Of a stretch of 64,000 nucleotides of DNA, positions 1-13,925 are shown piece by piece. The stretch is taken from contig BDGG01000002.1 of the NCBI GenBank assembly GCA_001949185.1, forward strand, positions 8,360,448-8,424,447. The letters are read 5' to 3'. The notes beneath the pieces are model-generated. The model searched no databases and was not told the origin of the DNA. It was given only the letters and a program-made list of their open reading frames with translations. The translations under genes and the position numbers were made by a program. Each line of letters begins with the position of its first letter. The stretch's first letter is position 1. Source of the DNA: Ramazzottius varieornatus. Its lineage: Eukaryota > Animalia > Tardigrada.

Positions 1-436
1 AATTTCAAGCAGTTAAAAAAAAGCGAATGTGACTTTCCCACCTCGTATTCTGAAAACCCGAAATCGCGTGGTGCTCAAGGTGTTAATCGATAGACACAAG
101 CTACACGAGTATTATCCTCTGGTTGGCATGGCTCATCCAGATCATCATGATTGCCTCCCTCAGATGATCTGAAAATAGTTTCTCCATACTTTTACTGGTG
201 AGTTTCAGCGAGCAGAAATACTGTCCTTTACTTTGCTTCAACTCATGAGTACCTGGCTATCTAATGTAGCCAGGCCTCCAATGAAATCTTTGGTGTCGGG
301 CTAGTCAAGCAACGAAAACTTTATGTTGATATAGTAACCGAACTGAATTTGATTATCGTACCGTGGACAGCTTATTTCTCGATCAGTTTCTTATCCAGCA
401 TGGATCAAACCATGATTTTTGTACTGCTTTTGTCAG

Positions 437-3400
437 GTGAATGACTGCTCGTTTATGCTCTTGACTGCTATGATTGTACGGGAATGCAAGGATACCCGTA
501 CGACGCCTGCTCGAAACCACTGTCGAAACGGCAATGCATTCGGGAGGGTGTAGTTCTTGCTACACGACGTTGTTCGATGATGGCCCTTACAGTAGGCGAT
601 TACAGATTTAAACTGGACAAAGCATCTTACAAGGACCGTCAGGGCGCCAAAAATCAAGGACATACAATGTAAGGCAGGGAAGTTGTCCCCAAAACAGTTT
701 TCTTTTCTTACAAGATTCTCCGTTTCTTTTATTTGGCCGGGTTTTTTCGACAAATTCAATAGACAATGGACCAATTTCAGAGATGGTTGGTGACCAATCA
801 AAAACAGCCAAAAGATGTGGCAAACATTCTAGTATCTGGTGATATCCTTTGAAAAACGTCTCTGTGATTTTCGACGAAGTGTTAGGTAAAGGGCGTTTTT
901 CCTCTCGAATATTTTTGAGGCTGGCTTGGACCTCTAGTCTAGCCAGTGGACTTGCCAAATCCAATCCCGGACTACTGCAAAGTAGTTGCAAAACCGTCAT
1001 TTTGTCTTGAGGACAGATTTGGTGCAGAAACAACAAGTGACTGTCGAGTATCGTGTCAAGATCCGGTAAACTCCATCGAACATGCCCTTTACCTAACACT
1101 TCGTCGAAAATCACAGACACGTTTTTCAAAGGATATCACCAGATACTAGAATGTTTGCCACATCTTTTGGCTGTTTTTGATTGGCCACTGACCATCTCTG
1201 AAATTGGTAATGAAGTCTCAAAAGAGAAGTAGTTTTGGCCTATTTTCGAATTAACTTGCCGACTTCATTTATTGATTGCTGGTAGCCGGCATGACGTCAC
1301 TGTAGAGACCAAAGACCTAAATATCAAAGGTAAAGTTCTGATGCTTTAGTGTTGCTGAGGAATTTGTCAACGGACGGTGCAAAAATTCATAAAAGCAGTC
1401 GTCTGAACAACACGACTGAAAATAACTCCTCTACATTTCATACGTATATCTGAGTGTGAAAAGACTGAAAGAACATTCGTCTATCGAACGCTAAAAGATA
1501 CCGTTCGGACGACTGATTCTACCTTTCTGAACGATATAGCGTTCGATAGACGAATCTTTTTCGGTCTTTTCACACCCAGATATACTTATGAAATGTAGAA
1601 AAGAACAAAGCGGACTTGTCAATGCAAAATCGCATGGCGAACTTGTCAGCGTCGGATCTGACGAAGTACTGGGTCGTTTTGCTTGCTCCTCGGTTCTTTA
1701 GATGAAAGAAACCTTGTGGAAATTTGCCGCACTGGTCCAGAAGCTAAGGGTAATACAGAGAGTCTGTTGTCGGGTCTAACAGGAAGAGAGGTTTCTCCAA
1801 TGTTAAAATGCCCGTGGGAAAATTTTTCAGAGAGCCAATAGGGATGTGCGTGTCGCGTTTCGTTAAGTCGTGAGGGGTACGGTAATAGGACGTGTCGCCA
1901 CCGCGCGGCCTAAAAGCTGACAAGTTCGCAATGCGAATTTGCATTGCAAGTCCGGTATGTTCTCCTCGTACCTTGTTGCTGCAGGGTAGCTGATCGTGCA
2001 TAGAGGGTCGGACCGCCTCTTTAGCACACCAAGGCTTCATTCTGACCACTCAGAATTTTCAGAGGCAGTTGCTGATTCAAAATGGACTAACCCGGCACCG
2101 AATTGAATGCGCCATCGTTTGAATATAGTTTCGGGGAGTTTGAGGGAGTGGAAACGATTTTGAAAAATACGGACAACTTGGCTGTCTCAGGCTGTATGTC
2201 CTCTGCTTTCAGGTGAAAGCTGACACTTTTATAGAGCTCTTAACAGCTGGGTCACAAGCCAAGTCGTGGTACAGTCCGTTCCAACCAAGTTGTCGCCGCT
2301 TAATCAAAAAGTCGCTACTTCTGACCGAATGATGTTTCCGCCTCTGTCAAACGTTTTCATCATTACTTCGGCTCTCTGGAACCGTTTGAGGACAAGAAAG
2401 ACCGAAAACCTGCTGTGGGTCAGAAGACAGGTGGAAAAGTTCCACATCTCTTTTTGTGCCCCACGCGAAAACATGCGCGCTAGTTGATCGGGGTGGCACG
2501 CTTCTACCAATCGGGTCGAAGAGCGAAAAGTTTCGTCCTAGAGGTGGTATCATCGCTAGGATACGAGAGAAAACAGCAAACTTTGCTTAACCGCTTCGGT
2601 TAGTTGACGGCGACGTCACATTCTGGACCATAGCAAGACGGGTACGCATGAAAATTTCTATAGTCCCGCACGGGATAGTCAGCAGTGCGATACGAGTCCC
2701 CGAAGACCTCCTTGGCCGTCTCTGGGAACTTGAAGGCTCCATCAGAGTTTAAACTTTCACTTGAAAGCAGCGATAACAGAGTCTTAAGTTTTACTTGATG
2801 AATGTTGCCTTGCGAGTTCAGCTGGAGGAGATACCTGACTGTTTATGATTGCAGACAAATATGTTCAGAGGGGGTGCCTCAGAGACAGATTTGTACCAAA
2901 GGATGGATGCTCCAACGTTAGCCAGAGCCAGCCGGCATGTTATTGTGCCAAAGAAGACTACTGCAATAACAGGAGCCTGGTTGATGTGAAAGGCTCCACT
3001 ATTGCCGTGGCTGATGCAGTTTCACTGTTGGTCCAGTTCCACTTGACCGATATCCGGGAGATCGACTGCTATGCGTGTAGTGAGCAGACAAACCGGGACT
3101 GCAGAGCGAGTTTGAAGACAATCCTGACGATTCGATGCACTGGAGCTTGTTTATGGTTCAATCTAAAGCCACAGCGCGCTCGCGGTAAAGAATGCCAAAC
3201 TTGCTTCGTTTAACCATTTACAGTACACGCAAGACGAGAAATCATGGTCCAGTAAAAATTATAGGACAGGCGGAAAGGACGGGAAATGGAAATTCGACCG
3301 TAGAAAAGTGTCGAAAAATGTGTTACTGCGAATCGGTCGCGTACGTACGTGCTCCCGTAGCGCCGTAGCGAAAAGGCCTGTACCATAATTTTACTGTACC

Positions 3401-4326
3401 ATAATTTTTTGCCCTGCGTGTACTGCTGATTTTACGCCTAACCACCCAAAACAATCGGGAACACAACCTGAAATAACCTCTTGAAGTCACACCCATTCTG
3501 CTAAAGCCAACTTTCGCTTTTGAGTAAGCTATACACAACGTCAGCTGAGACGTACTCTGGAGGTTCTGGACCATGTAGTGGTCAAGAACGTCGGAGGGTC
3601 CGAGACCAGCTAGCCTAGCCTGCTGGCTGGGATAGCTGGCCTGCGCTCCTCATGCATGGAAACACCATTGGACACCAGCGGCTGTCTTTTAACTCTTTTT
3701 TGGTTTTGGACTTTTGGTTTCCGTTCTGGAATCACGCCAGAACTAGAGCCTAACGTGCTCCTGTGTGGTTCTCTCCTACTATAGAGCGCGATATCAGATA
3801 ACGATCCAACTGGCCTTTCTGACTGCTCAGCCAGCGCTAACAGCTCTAAAAAGAAGGGTGGCGCATACTTTCTTGGCTGATTTTGCAGTGCAGTTGTCAG
3901 CGATGTTAAGGTAAAAGTATTCCAAATATCCCTTACGAACCAATCCAAACGGTTCTTTAGCTAACGAAACTAAACAGATTTTGCTATTCGTATGTCACAG
4001 AACGGATAGATGGACTCGGGCCGATCGTTAGAGGATGCAGCTTCCTCAAAGCAGATCGCGGTATCTACAACGGGACAAAAGAGGTGACCTACGACTACGA
4101 CAATTCATCAAGTCGAGGCATTAAAGTGAGATATTGCGTCGCCGATAAATGCGACAGTTTTGCGGAGTCAGCCGGAAGTGGGCTACGCTGTCGGTTGCAG
4201 ACTGTAGTATTAAAACAGATGTCCCTGTTCTTGTTTTTAATTGCATCTCTAGCTTTTCTATATGAGTATCGGCGGCCCAATTCGAGGACAAACTTTCCTG
4301 GTCCAATTGTGAAGAAACGAGTTTGA
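437..4326 (+). CDS. Two-domain Ly6/uPAR (three-finger, quiver/sleepless-like) putative GPI-anchored protein; spliced, 5' end unresolved, possibly disrupted
   Basis: Exons at ~437-668 (LDCYDCTG..C..C), ~2855-3184 (VQRGC...CYCAKEDYCN, then IDCYACS..C..C..C) and 4001-4326 (IVRGC...YCVADKCD plus hydrophobic tail LFLFLIASLAFLY). In-frame TGA at 442-444 and a phase mismatch across the first intron. Confidence 0.6.
770..1208. mobile_element. MITE-like element with 125-bp terminal inverted repeats, intronic
   Basis: 770-894 is the near-perfect reverse complement of 1084-1208; non-coding interior; no clear TSD. Confidence 0.85.
1430..1599. mobile_element. Short fold-back/MITE-like element
   Basis: tctacatttcatacgtatatctgagtgtgaaaagac... 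(1430-~1510) pairs with ...gtcttttcacacccagatatacttatgaaatgtaga (~1526-1599). Confidence 0.75.
3221..3426. mobile_element. Degenerate MITE-like element with ~50-bp TIRs (CAGT termini)
   Basis: cagtacacgcaagacgagaaatcatggtccagtaaaaattataggacaggc versus the reverse complement of 3376-3426; TA on the left flank only. Confidence 0.6.
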
Positions 4327-5994
4327 AACGAGTTTGAAGTTTTGGGGCCCCAAGGGCGAAGTTAGACTGCTGATGCAATCTAGTATAACAAACATCGAAC
4401 AACACGATTCTGAGATCCAGATGGTCATCTGACCACTGGTCGAACGGCTACGTCAAAGAAGATTCAAAGGGGTTCGAGACTTTGACCGAAAAAGTTTTGA
4501 CGTCAAAATGACTTCATACAGCGTAGAAGTGTTTGCACCACCATTTTGACATCATACCCCCAGACAGGGGTGTTTAAGCTGTTGATCACCCCTGAAATTT
4601 TGTGGAGTATCTTCCCAAAGAGGCCAACAGTTTTGTCATACTTCTATCCGCGGCGAAGCGTGGCGGCTTTACCACACGATGCCCTTGGATGTTCCAAAGA
4701 GCCTCATGTCAGAAAGCTCTCGTTTGGAGTCAGAAAAGTTTGTCCCCAATTTGGGCCGCCGAAACCCATATATCTTTCTAGAATTATTTTAGAATGAAGT
4801 TGGAACATACGCAAATAGGCTGATGATTTCTACATGTACGCACAAAAATAGAGAAAGAAATAAGAAAAGAAGAAAAATAAAAATAAAGACGAAAGAAGAA
4901 AGCACATCAGTATCCACCTTTAGAAACCGAAATAAGAGAAGAAAAACGGAATAAGAATAGTGATTTCAACAGAGCGGGACGGATTCTGATTGCGGAACGT
5001 TATTTTCGTAATGATGGCAATGGAGCGTTATTTCATGTGATACGAGCTGAATTACGGTTTCGGAAAATATGAACCGTGGTCAGTATTAACCGATCGCCGC
5101 AATCTAGCTATACTGCACCTAGCTGAACCCAAGGCACCCGGGTCCAGAAACCAGCCGGAGCTTTGCCTTCTAGCATCGTTTCCAAGCAGACAGAAATCAG
5201 GTCTGTGAATTTGTACACTCTCTTCAAGTGTTCTTCTCGCGCCTTCCCCCGATCTTTTCATCGATCCCACGGATACCTCGGACGACGCCAGCGTGTCATT
5301 CACATCCATTCTTGTCGTTCGATTTGGAAGAAGATCTAATAGTCGTGTACGCTGTGAGTTTTCACAAGTCTATGATAGACACAGGGAGGAAAGGCGAAGG
5401 CTGGAACCGGGTATTGGAATACTCCAACCAGATGACTAACAGACATCGACACCTCGCATTATACAAAGCCACTAAGAACGGTCTTTTTGGGGTTTTTTGA
5501 GCTTAGCCCCAGCCTTCTGTACTCTTGACAGGAGCGAGTTATAGAGCTTGTAACTGATTTCGAGAAAGACGGCTTGCTTGACCGGTAAATTGACCTTTTG
5601 CTCGAATGTCTCCTACCTGTCTGCAACTGCTGAGACCCGAGACAGATGAGTGCCCTCTCACAGTCCCTCGCAACGCCGACCCGCTGGTATCGCCGACAGT
5701 AACTTGCCGAACAAGATGGAATACCTGGACATGGCAGTTGTAGAAGAAAATACTCGCCACTCCAGTACGGCCAAAGAGGGGAAAATTCGTCCACTCGTCG
5801 TCTTGGCTTGTTTGACAAATGACTGCGGCTTAACAGCTTTGTAATTGTGCGATCACAGGACGATCGGACCGACCATATAAGCTCACTGCGCCATCATTAT
5901 AACTTTGGTATCAGTGAGCATTGATTGTAATCGAGAGTACAAATACACAAGACATTCCCATCAGAGAAGGCAGATTGGAACTAAAACCTGGCAG

Positions 5995-8934
5995 TTAGTC
6001 TTTCTCTTCGCGTAAGCTGAATCGGCGGAAGAGTTCCTTCTCCGGTTTGACTTGCTTGACACTGGGCACCTTTTGCATACTCTTCTGTGCTTCAACGTCG
6101 GTTTCAGCCTCTGGTTTTTGTCCTTCTTCTTTGGTACCAGGCACCTTCTTGGCAGTAGCCGACGGGACGGAGACCATGCTAGGCAACCGAGCGGGATCGT
6201 CCTGCATGAACTGTATGCGATGTGCCTAGAAGTGCAGTACAACAAAGGATTAATTTGCCATCAGTAAAGTTCTGCAGATCACAACATCACCAACCAACCT
6301 GTAGAAGGAGCAACGGTCGAGCGCGCGAATCCAGCAGCTCGTCGAGGATCTTGCGTTTCCGCTCCACTTGGCGTTTGTACAGAGCCAAACGGCGAACCTT
6401 GGTCCAGTCATACTGGTAGTCGAATGCAGCGCCCGTCTTGTTCAGCATGGTCAAGAGAAGGTGAATCAGTAGTTCGTAGTTGGGAATACCTTCATACTTC
6501 AAGGAGCGAATATGCTGGTGGATGTCATGAAACTCAGGCGGGCAACTCTGTTAAAACGCAGTTCAAATAACTGCTCAATACGAGAGACCGGTCGAGAATC
6601 TTCTTCTTTTGTGACGCACCCTCCCAGCTAATAACACCGGAGGAGTGCGCCACTTGACTTAATAATCTTGTTTGTTTCGTTCGCCGGCTCCGCTACGCCG
6701 GTTCTCGTTTTTTTCGATACATTGGTCGATTCATGGCTAAGCAGTACTCACATCGAGGAAGGAAGTGGTTAGTTTCTTCTCACAAACGCGATCCAACAAG
6801 GTCTTGCTTTTATCCCTCTGTTCGAAGTCTTTTTGGGTGTACTTTAGGCCGCGCCATGGAAGGTCGCCCATGAGAAAGTGGACCAGCATGTACAGCGCCG
6901 ATTCCACATCGTCTCGGTAACTATAAGAAAAGACCACAGCCTACCAACTTTATATCTTGCCCATACCATAGGCTCCTTCTCGACGGGGTTGATTGTACTC
7001 AGGGGTAGGCCGAACTGACCTGTGTTCGTTGCCGTAATGGGCTCCAATGCTGTCGTAAATAGCTTGACCCTTCAGTCGAGTACCGACAACGTGTGGAATG
7101 AAGTCGCCGCCTTTCACCGTTACTTTCGGCCGAAATTTGATAGCAGCCGCAAAATCCAACACGAATAACTGAAAGCAAATTCAAACAAGAAGTTTATATT
7201 TCTGAATAGAAATTCCCAAATAGAATGGGCGAAATCGAAGAAGTAAAGAAGGCAATGTACCTTCGTTGATTGGGGGCCATTTCCAAGGCAGAAGTTCTGC
7301 GGGCGGATATCGCGGTGAATGTATCCCGTCCGGTGTATCCAGTCCAAGCTTTCAAATATCTACTGCACGGTAATCGAGAACGTTAGAAAATGCTGTCAAA
7401 GCCTCCTTAGTCCTTTACAGTAACAATGCAATGCTGCTGTCTGTTACCTGCACTCCCAGCATGCAGACAGTGGGCAAGCTGAAGCGACCGTCACAGTAAT
7501 GCAGAAGGTCCATCAAGTTGGGTCCAAGGAGCTCGGTTACCAGAAAGTGTCGTTCCTGCTCCAGGCCATACCAACTAGGCAAAGGTGATGCGTTACATCG
7601 AGAGAAAATGTGAAGGTGCGTTGTGGAAACGAGCTTACTAAAGTCGCGGTATTCCCGGTCCACCTTTGAGGTAATGGTAACAGCTGGCTTCGTTCCTCAG
7701 CATGTGATCGGCCTTGGAGAAACTACAGGCCTTCACAGCCGCTTCCTGAAAAAAATAAAATGTGATAGAGCACGGCACCCAGTACAGCATCGTGAAAACA
7801 AGGTGGTCTACCAGCAAAAGTAACTTAAAAGATCGATATCTAAAGTGGCGCCCACGCTCCATGTTATTGACTGGAAGCGTGCGCCACCTAGAATGACGAT
7901 CACAAGTGGCGCACGCTTCCGACCACTAACAATGAAATCATGCGTCAGTTGACATAGCGACCTTGCATGTTTCGCTTGACCTCAATGTTTCTGCTCGTGA
8001 GGACCTACTTGCTCGTAGTCGATGCTGTAGGCCAGGTAAACCACACTGGTACTTCCGAAAGCGATCTTTCTGACACAGCGGTACCGTTCGGCCACGACTA
8101 GTTCTCCCCGAGAGACTGCATACGTCTCGGGAAAATCGTGGGGCGGAATGGGTTCTTCCGTTGCTGCCGAGTACAGCTCGTCAGCGCGCGCTTGCCGATA
8201 CGACTTCCGGTTGAGCTCGTTGACGAAAGCCCGTGTCTCATTGGCGGCCTCTTCGGCTGGACGGTTGCTCTTGCTGGAAGCAGGCCTCAGGTTAGCTGCG
8301 GCCAAAGCAGCGGCAAAGATGGAAGCGCGAAACTTGTCGGGACGAGCTTCTACACGTTGGATTTGTCCCATGTCATTCGCACTCTGAAACAAGAATTACA
8401 CTGGGAAATTTCAAGAAATGCTACCGCGGTAAGATTCGCCTAAGAGAAGGAAAAAGTACGTACAGGTGTGCGCTGAGCGGGATCGACAACAGAAGGGACA
8501 ATGCGGACGGACTTGACGGGCTTCATGGAGAACGTCGACTTGGCCGCGGACAAGTTGGACTTTTGGGCGGTTGGGACAGGCTGGTTGGTCCAAGACTGGC
8601 CTTGGTGCAGGGATGGTATAGCTGTGGCCGAAGGACTGGCTGGAGGCCGCCCACGATTCTGCATGTCCATCGCCGAGGAGACCTGATGTACCGGCATACC
8701 CTACAGAAGATCAAAAATCACTTCCTCCATAATCCATACCCAGAAAAAAAAAGATTCATCCAGAAACTCAAACAGGTAAGCAATGGGAAAAACGACTTCA
8801 CGTACGGCGTCGAGTAGAGAGTTATCTTGCCCATTCACAGTGCTAGAAGTATCTTCGGCGATGGGAGGCAAACCGGACAATGCGTTCGACGGTGAGAAAT
8901 TCACTTGATTTGGTCTGTTTTGATCTGCCATCAT
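5995..8934 (-). CDS. Divergent casein kinase 1 family kinase (possible pseudokinase), multi-exon
   Basis: Spliced translation gives ERYRCVRKIAFGSTSVVYLA, AAVK, LVTELLGPNLMDL..CDGRFSLPTVCML, HRDIRPQNFCLG, VLDFAAA, AHYGNEH/SYRDDVESALYMLVHFLMGDLPWRGLK, PNYELL...FDYQYDW. Last exon ends EEKD* at 5995. Confidence 0.85.
6608..6656. repeat. 12-25-12 palindromic unit (x1), CK1-like intron
   Basis: tttgtgacgcac-N25-gtgcgccacttg. Confidence 0.8.
7842..7951. repeat. 12-25-12 palindromic units (x2, head-to-head), CK1-like intron
   Basis: Units at 7842-7890 and 7903-7951; spacers in opposite orientation; 12-nt linker. Confidence 0.85.
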
Positions 8935-9387
8935 AAATTACAATAAACCTGATAATCTTATCGGCTGATGTCATGAAGCAAAACTTCAGACTTTAACTAT
9001 CGCCAGGGTAGATGGAATTTCTACCCGCACGCCTCAGCAACAATAAAATCAGCCAAAGCGCGGACTGAATTTTACTGCTGATAAATATGGATAATAAGTT
9101 AGCATAAAAAATGTGCAACGATAAAAATGGCTCAATGAAATTACAGGCGAGTAAAAAAAGATATCACGGCGAACGATCCGAATGATTGAAAAATTAAAGA
9201 GAGGCGCACCTTCCGATATGACTACCATAGGACTATCATATTCTGCTAAAAAAGATCAAAGAGACCATAAAACTGCAAGGAGCGCTGAATGAGCTTTCTT
9301 CAACCACTTGTAGCTTAAATTAAAAAGAAACGTATATGAGAATGAGAGTGGAAGGTGGTGCAGTAGTGCTGTTTTGATTTTACGTCT

Positions 9388-9411
9388 GGTGGTGGTGGTG
9401 GTGGTGGTGGT
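9388..9411. repeat. (TGG)n microsatellite in the Rap1 3' region
   Basis: tggtggtggtggtggtggtggt run. Confidence 0.8.
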
Positions 9412-9501
9412 ATAGAAGGAAGGCTAGACTGCTTGGAGAACGAGACCGAAGAATAGGAAGGAACTGAACTGAAGAATCGTGATGGACATGCCGCTGTCTC
9501 T

Positions 9502-10895
<1,394 letters not shown>

Positions 10896-11595
10896 CCTTG
10901 TCGCTCACTTGTCAGAACCTCCTCCTTTCACACTGCAAAAAAAACGAAAAAATACCGGAATCGAAAGCGAATCAATCAAACATAACGTCAATCAACCGAC
11001 CAACTACACATTGCCCCAGTGAAGTTGCCTCATGACGCCATCGAATCGTAAATAAGGCCCGGACAGCCACACTGTATCCCACACAGCAACCGGGGTTATA
11101 ATTATCGGAACACGAAAAACATCCACAACAACAAAGCGAACAAACCATCGTCGCAATGTGCTTCTCGCTGTTTTCGTTGGCTACGAGCTTTCTTCGACTT
11201 TTTAGTTACGAAACATCAGCATCTGACACTTGTAGAGAAGACTGTATGTATTGTACTTACAGATATCCCTAACAGCGGAAGGATAAGATGAAACTTGGCG
11301 CAATCAAAGAGATCCAGACGACGAAGTAGGACACACCGCTCAAGCGCAACAACTTCAGTCAGACGAATGTCTTCCGATACCTTATAGCCGTGCTTCCCTG
11401 CTGCATGTCATCCTGATGTTTTCTCGGGCTTTGAATGGTGCTAAATCGGAAGAACAAGAGCAATAGTGCGAGTCCAAAGTTCGAGAAGATAACTGTTATG
11501 AAATTTGCCAAGTCGCAGTCGTAGTGAGGCATGCCCTTCTGTCTCAACGATTTTTGAGGGCAGGGCGGACAGTAATCTCCGAGGGACCAATGGGC

Positions 11596-13017
11596 CACGG
11601 GTCGGCTAGGGCCGCAAATGGTGGAAAAACGACCACCCTAAATGGCTCTGATATACAAGAGGTGAAATTCCCATCCGGGAAGAACAGGGTGGGAACGGCA
11701 GGATGGAAAAGCCGGGAGCAAGTGACAGGTTGGGATTTCGGGTTTTTCGTGTCATCAAACCAGGAGATAACAAATTTTTAAAGCTCGTGTTGTTTGTTTC
11801 AAGGGATCCCCGTTAACTACCTCATTTTTACCCTACAGAGTAGCATACACTCTAATCTCGGCCATACACCGTGATCCGGTACAATCCTGGCATGCCATGA
11901 GAAGCACTCTATGACATCAATATATTGAAACTGATAGAAGACATCAGTTCGACGATCGCACTTACTGGATTTTCTATGGCGGTGCTGCAGTGTACAAAAT
12001 GCATCCACACTGGCTCAAAAAGACAATTAGCAGTTGTATCCACGAGACCGCAGCATGCTTCTGTGGCTTGCCAGCCAATAAACTATTCAGAGCTTGAGCC
12101 AGTGTATTCGGAACACTGCACAGTTACCAACGGCGATTCGGAAATACTGAATCTTTTTTAAATTCCCACTACCACCGATAACGCAAGGACAGCCGGGCTA
12201 GTTCGGTAGTTTTATCTCTGTTCAGCAGCAGTTAGGGGACAGGGTCCATTGCAGGACGATACGCAACATTGAAAACAAGTGGCTGTACGTAAAATCACTT
12301 CGTGACTCGACACCTACCGCCGCTTCCATCAATACCGTCGCGACTTTCGGTCTTTCAGTCCACAAGCCTGGCATCAGCATGAAACCATTATACCATATTT
12401 CATTCTCTTATCAGGTAATTTTTGCTCAGGATTCAGGTTTGGTTGCTTTACAAAAGCACCGAACAAAGTTATCATGAACCTCGTTCTCAAGGCGCAAATG
12501 TCTCGGAAAAAGTTAGATGAAGCAGTAATTTAAGTAGTTTATCGATTAGTAAGACACAGGCATACTGTGGCCTTGTCGATACAACTGCTAATCGAATTTT
12601 TGAACCGGTATGTATTTTGTACATTGCAGCACCGCCCTAGGTAATCCCAGTAACTGCAACCGTCGGACTGATGTCTTCTATTAGTTTCGATGCACTGATG
12701 TCATAGAGTGCTCCGCGTGGCATGCCGGGATCGTACTGGCTGACGGTGTGTGGCCGAGATTAGAAGGCATACTACTCTATAGGTAATGAATGAGATAGTT
12801 AACTGGGAACCCTTGAAACAGACACCAGGAACTTTTAAAACGTGATTTCCGGGTTTGATACCACGGAATACCGGTAACACCACCCTGTCACTCGCTCCCA
12901 GCTTTTCCATCCTGCCGTTCCCACCCTGTTCTTCCCGGATGGGAATTTCACCTCTTGGATATCAGAGCCATTTAGGGTGGTCGTTCATCCACCATTTGCG
13001 GCCCTAGCCGCCCCGTG
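11596..13017. mobile_element. 1.42-kb non-autonomous DNA transposon with ~133-bp TIRs, between divergent Rap1 and CSDE1-like genes
   Basis: 11596-~11729 (cacgggtcggctagggccgcaaatggtgg...) is the reverse complement of ~12884-13017; no transposase ORF inside. Confidence 0.85.
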
Positions 13018-13925
13018 AGCTGCAGTAATCCATCCCGGGCATCCCCGGTGCGGCGGTGCGGCGGTGCGGCGGTGTTGCCAGGACGGGCCAATGTTAATGA
13101 AAAGCTAAGTGGCCGCTGGTCAGGCGCAATCCTCCCAAAACAACGATCCAGACAAAGATTAGGTATTTAAACGCTGTACCTGGACGAGGATCCCTTTATA
13201 CAGATTTTGATCCTTCCGGTAACCTACTGTACCTTTCGGAATCAGCAAAAAATGGTTTCTAATAATGATTGCAATCGTGCAAGTTCCGCAACGTTAACCC
13301 ACGAAAACGGAAATTTTCAAGAAATGTTTCGAACTTGAGAAATCCTAATATTGTCACAGTGACTAGATTTTTTTTTTGTGGGTCGTCTTTCTGACCGAGT
13401 ATGAAAGGACCACGCATGTTGTGGGTTTTTCTCTACTTCTACCTCTTTCGAAGGAGAAAGTCACAAAATGTGATCGTCGGTCATGTTGAATAACCGGAAT
13501 CTTTTTGGTAATGAGTGCGGAGCGTCAAACAGCTCTCATTCCGGGATACTGTCTTCCGGATCCACGGCTTGGTAAACTTGGACGCCTGGCAACAATCGAA
13601 ACCAGGATTCGCTTCCTGATTTCAGACGCCTGCGCAGATGTCTGCAGTTGGCAATAGGAGCAAGGATAGTTTAGCATCGATGGTTCTTTTCGTCCTAACA
13701 GAACCGATGCCTTTTTGTTGATCGTCTTAGTAGTGTCAGCCAGTATAGAATCCACCAAGGAAATAGTCATTAACCCATTCGTTTTTCTCGAAGACCTGTC
13801 TTATTACGATCCAGTGTTTTACATATGAAGCTTGTGGTCGCTACCGTCTAGCCCGCATTTGGTCTGATCAATTGGAGTAATTATTTCTGAAGTAATCGCT
13901 TCTCTTCCATCAAGCCTTCCCCGCC

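Noticed and set aside
608-1129. 173-aa ORF as a transposase
   Set aside because: It runs through the TIRs of the MITE and shows no DDE or DNA-binding motif.
5052-5844. Possible small gene between the Ly6-like and CK1-like genes
   Set aside because: Only short ORFs with no recognisable motif or consistent splice model.
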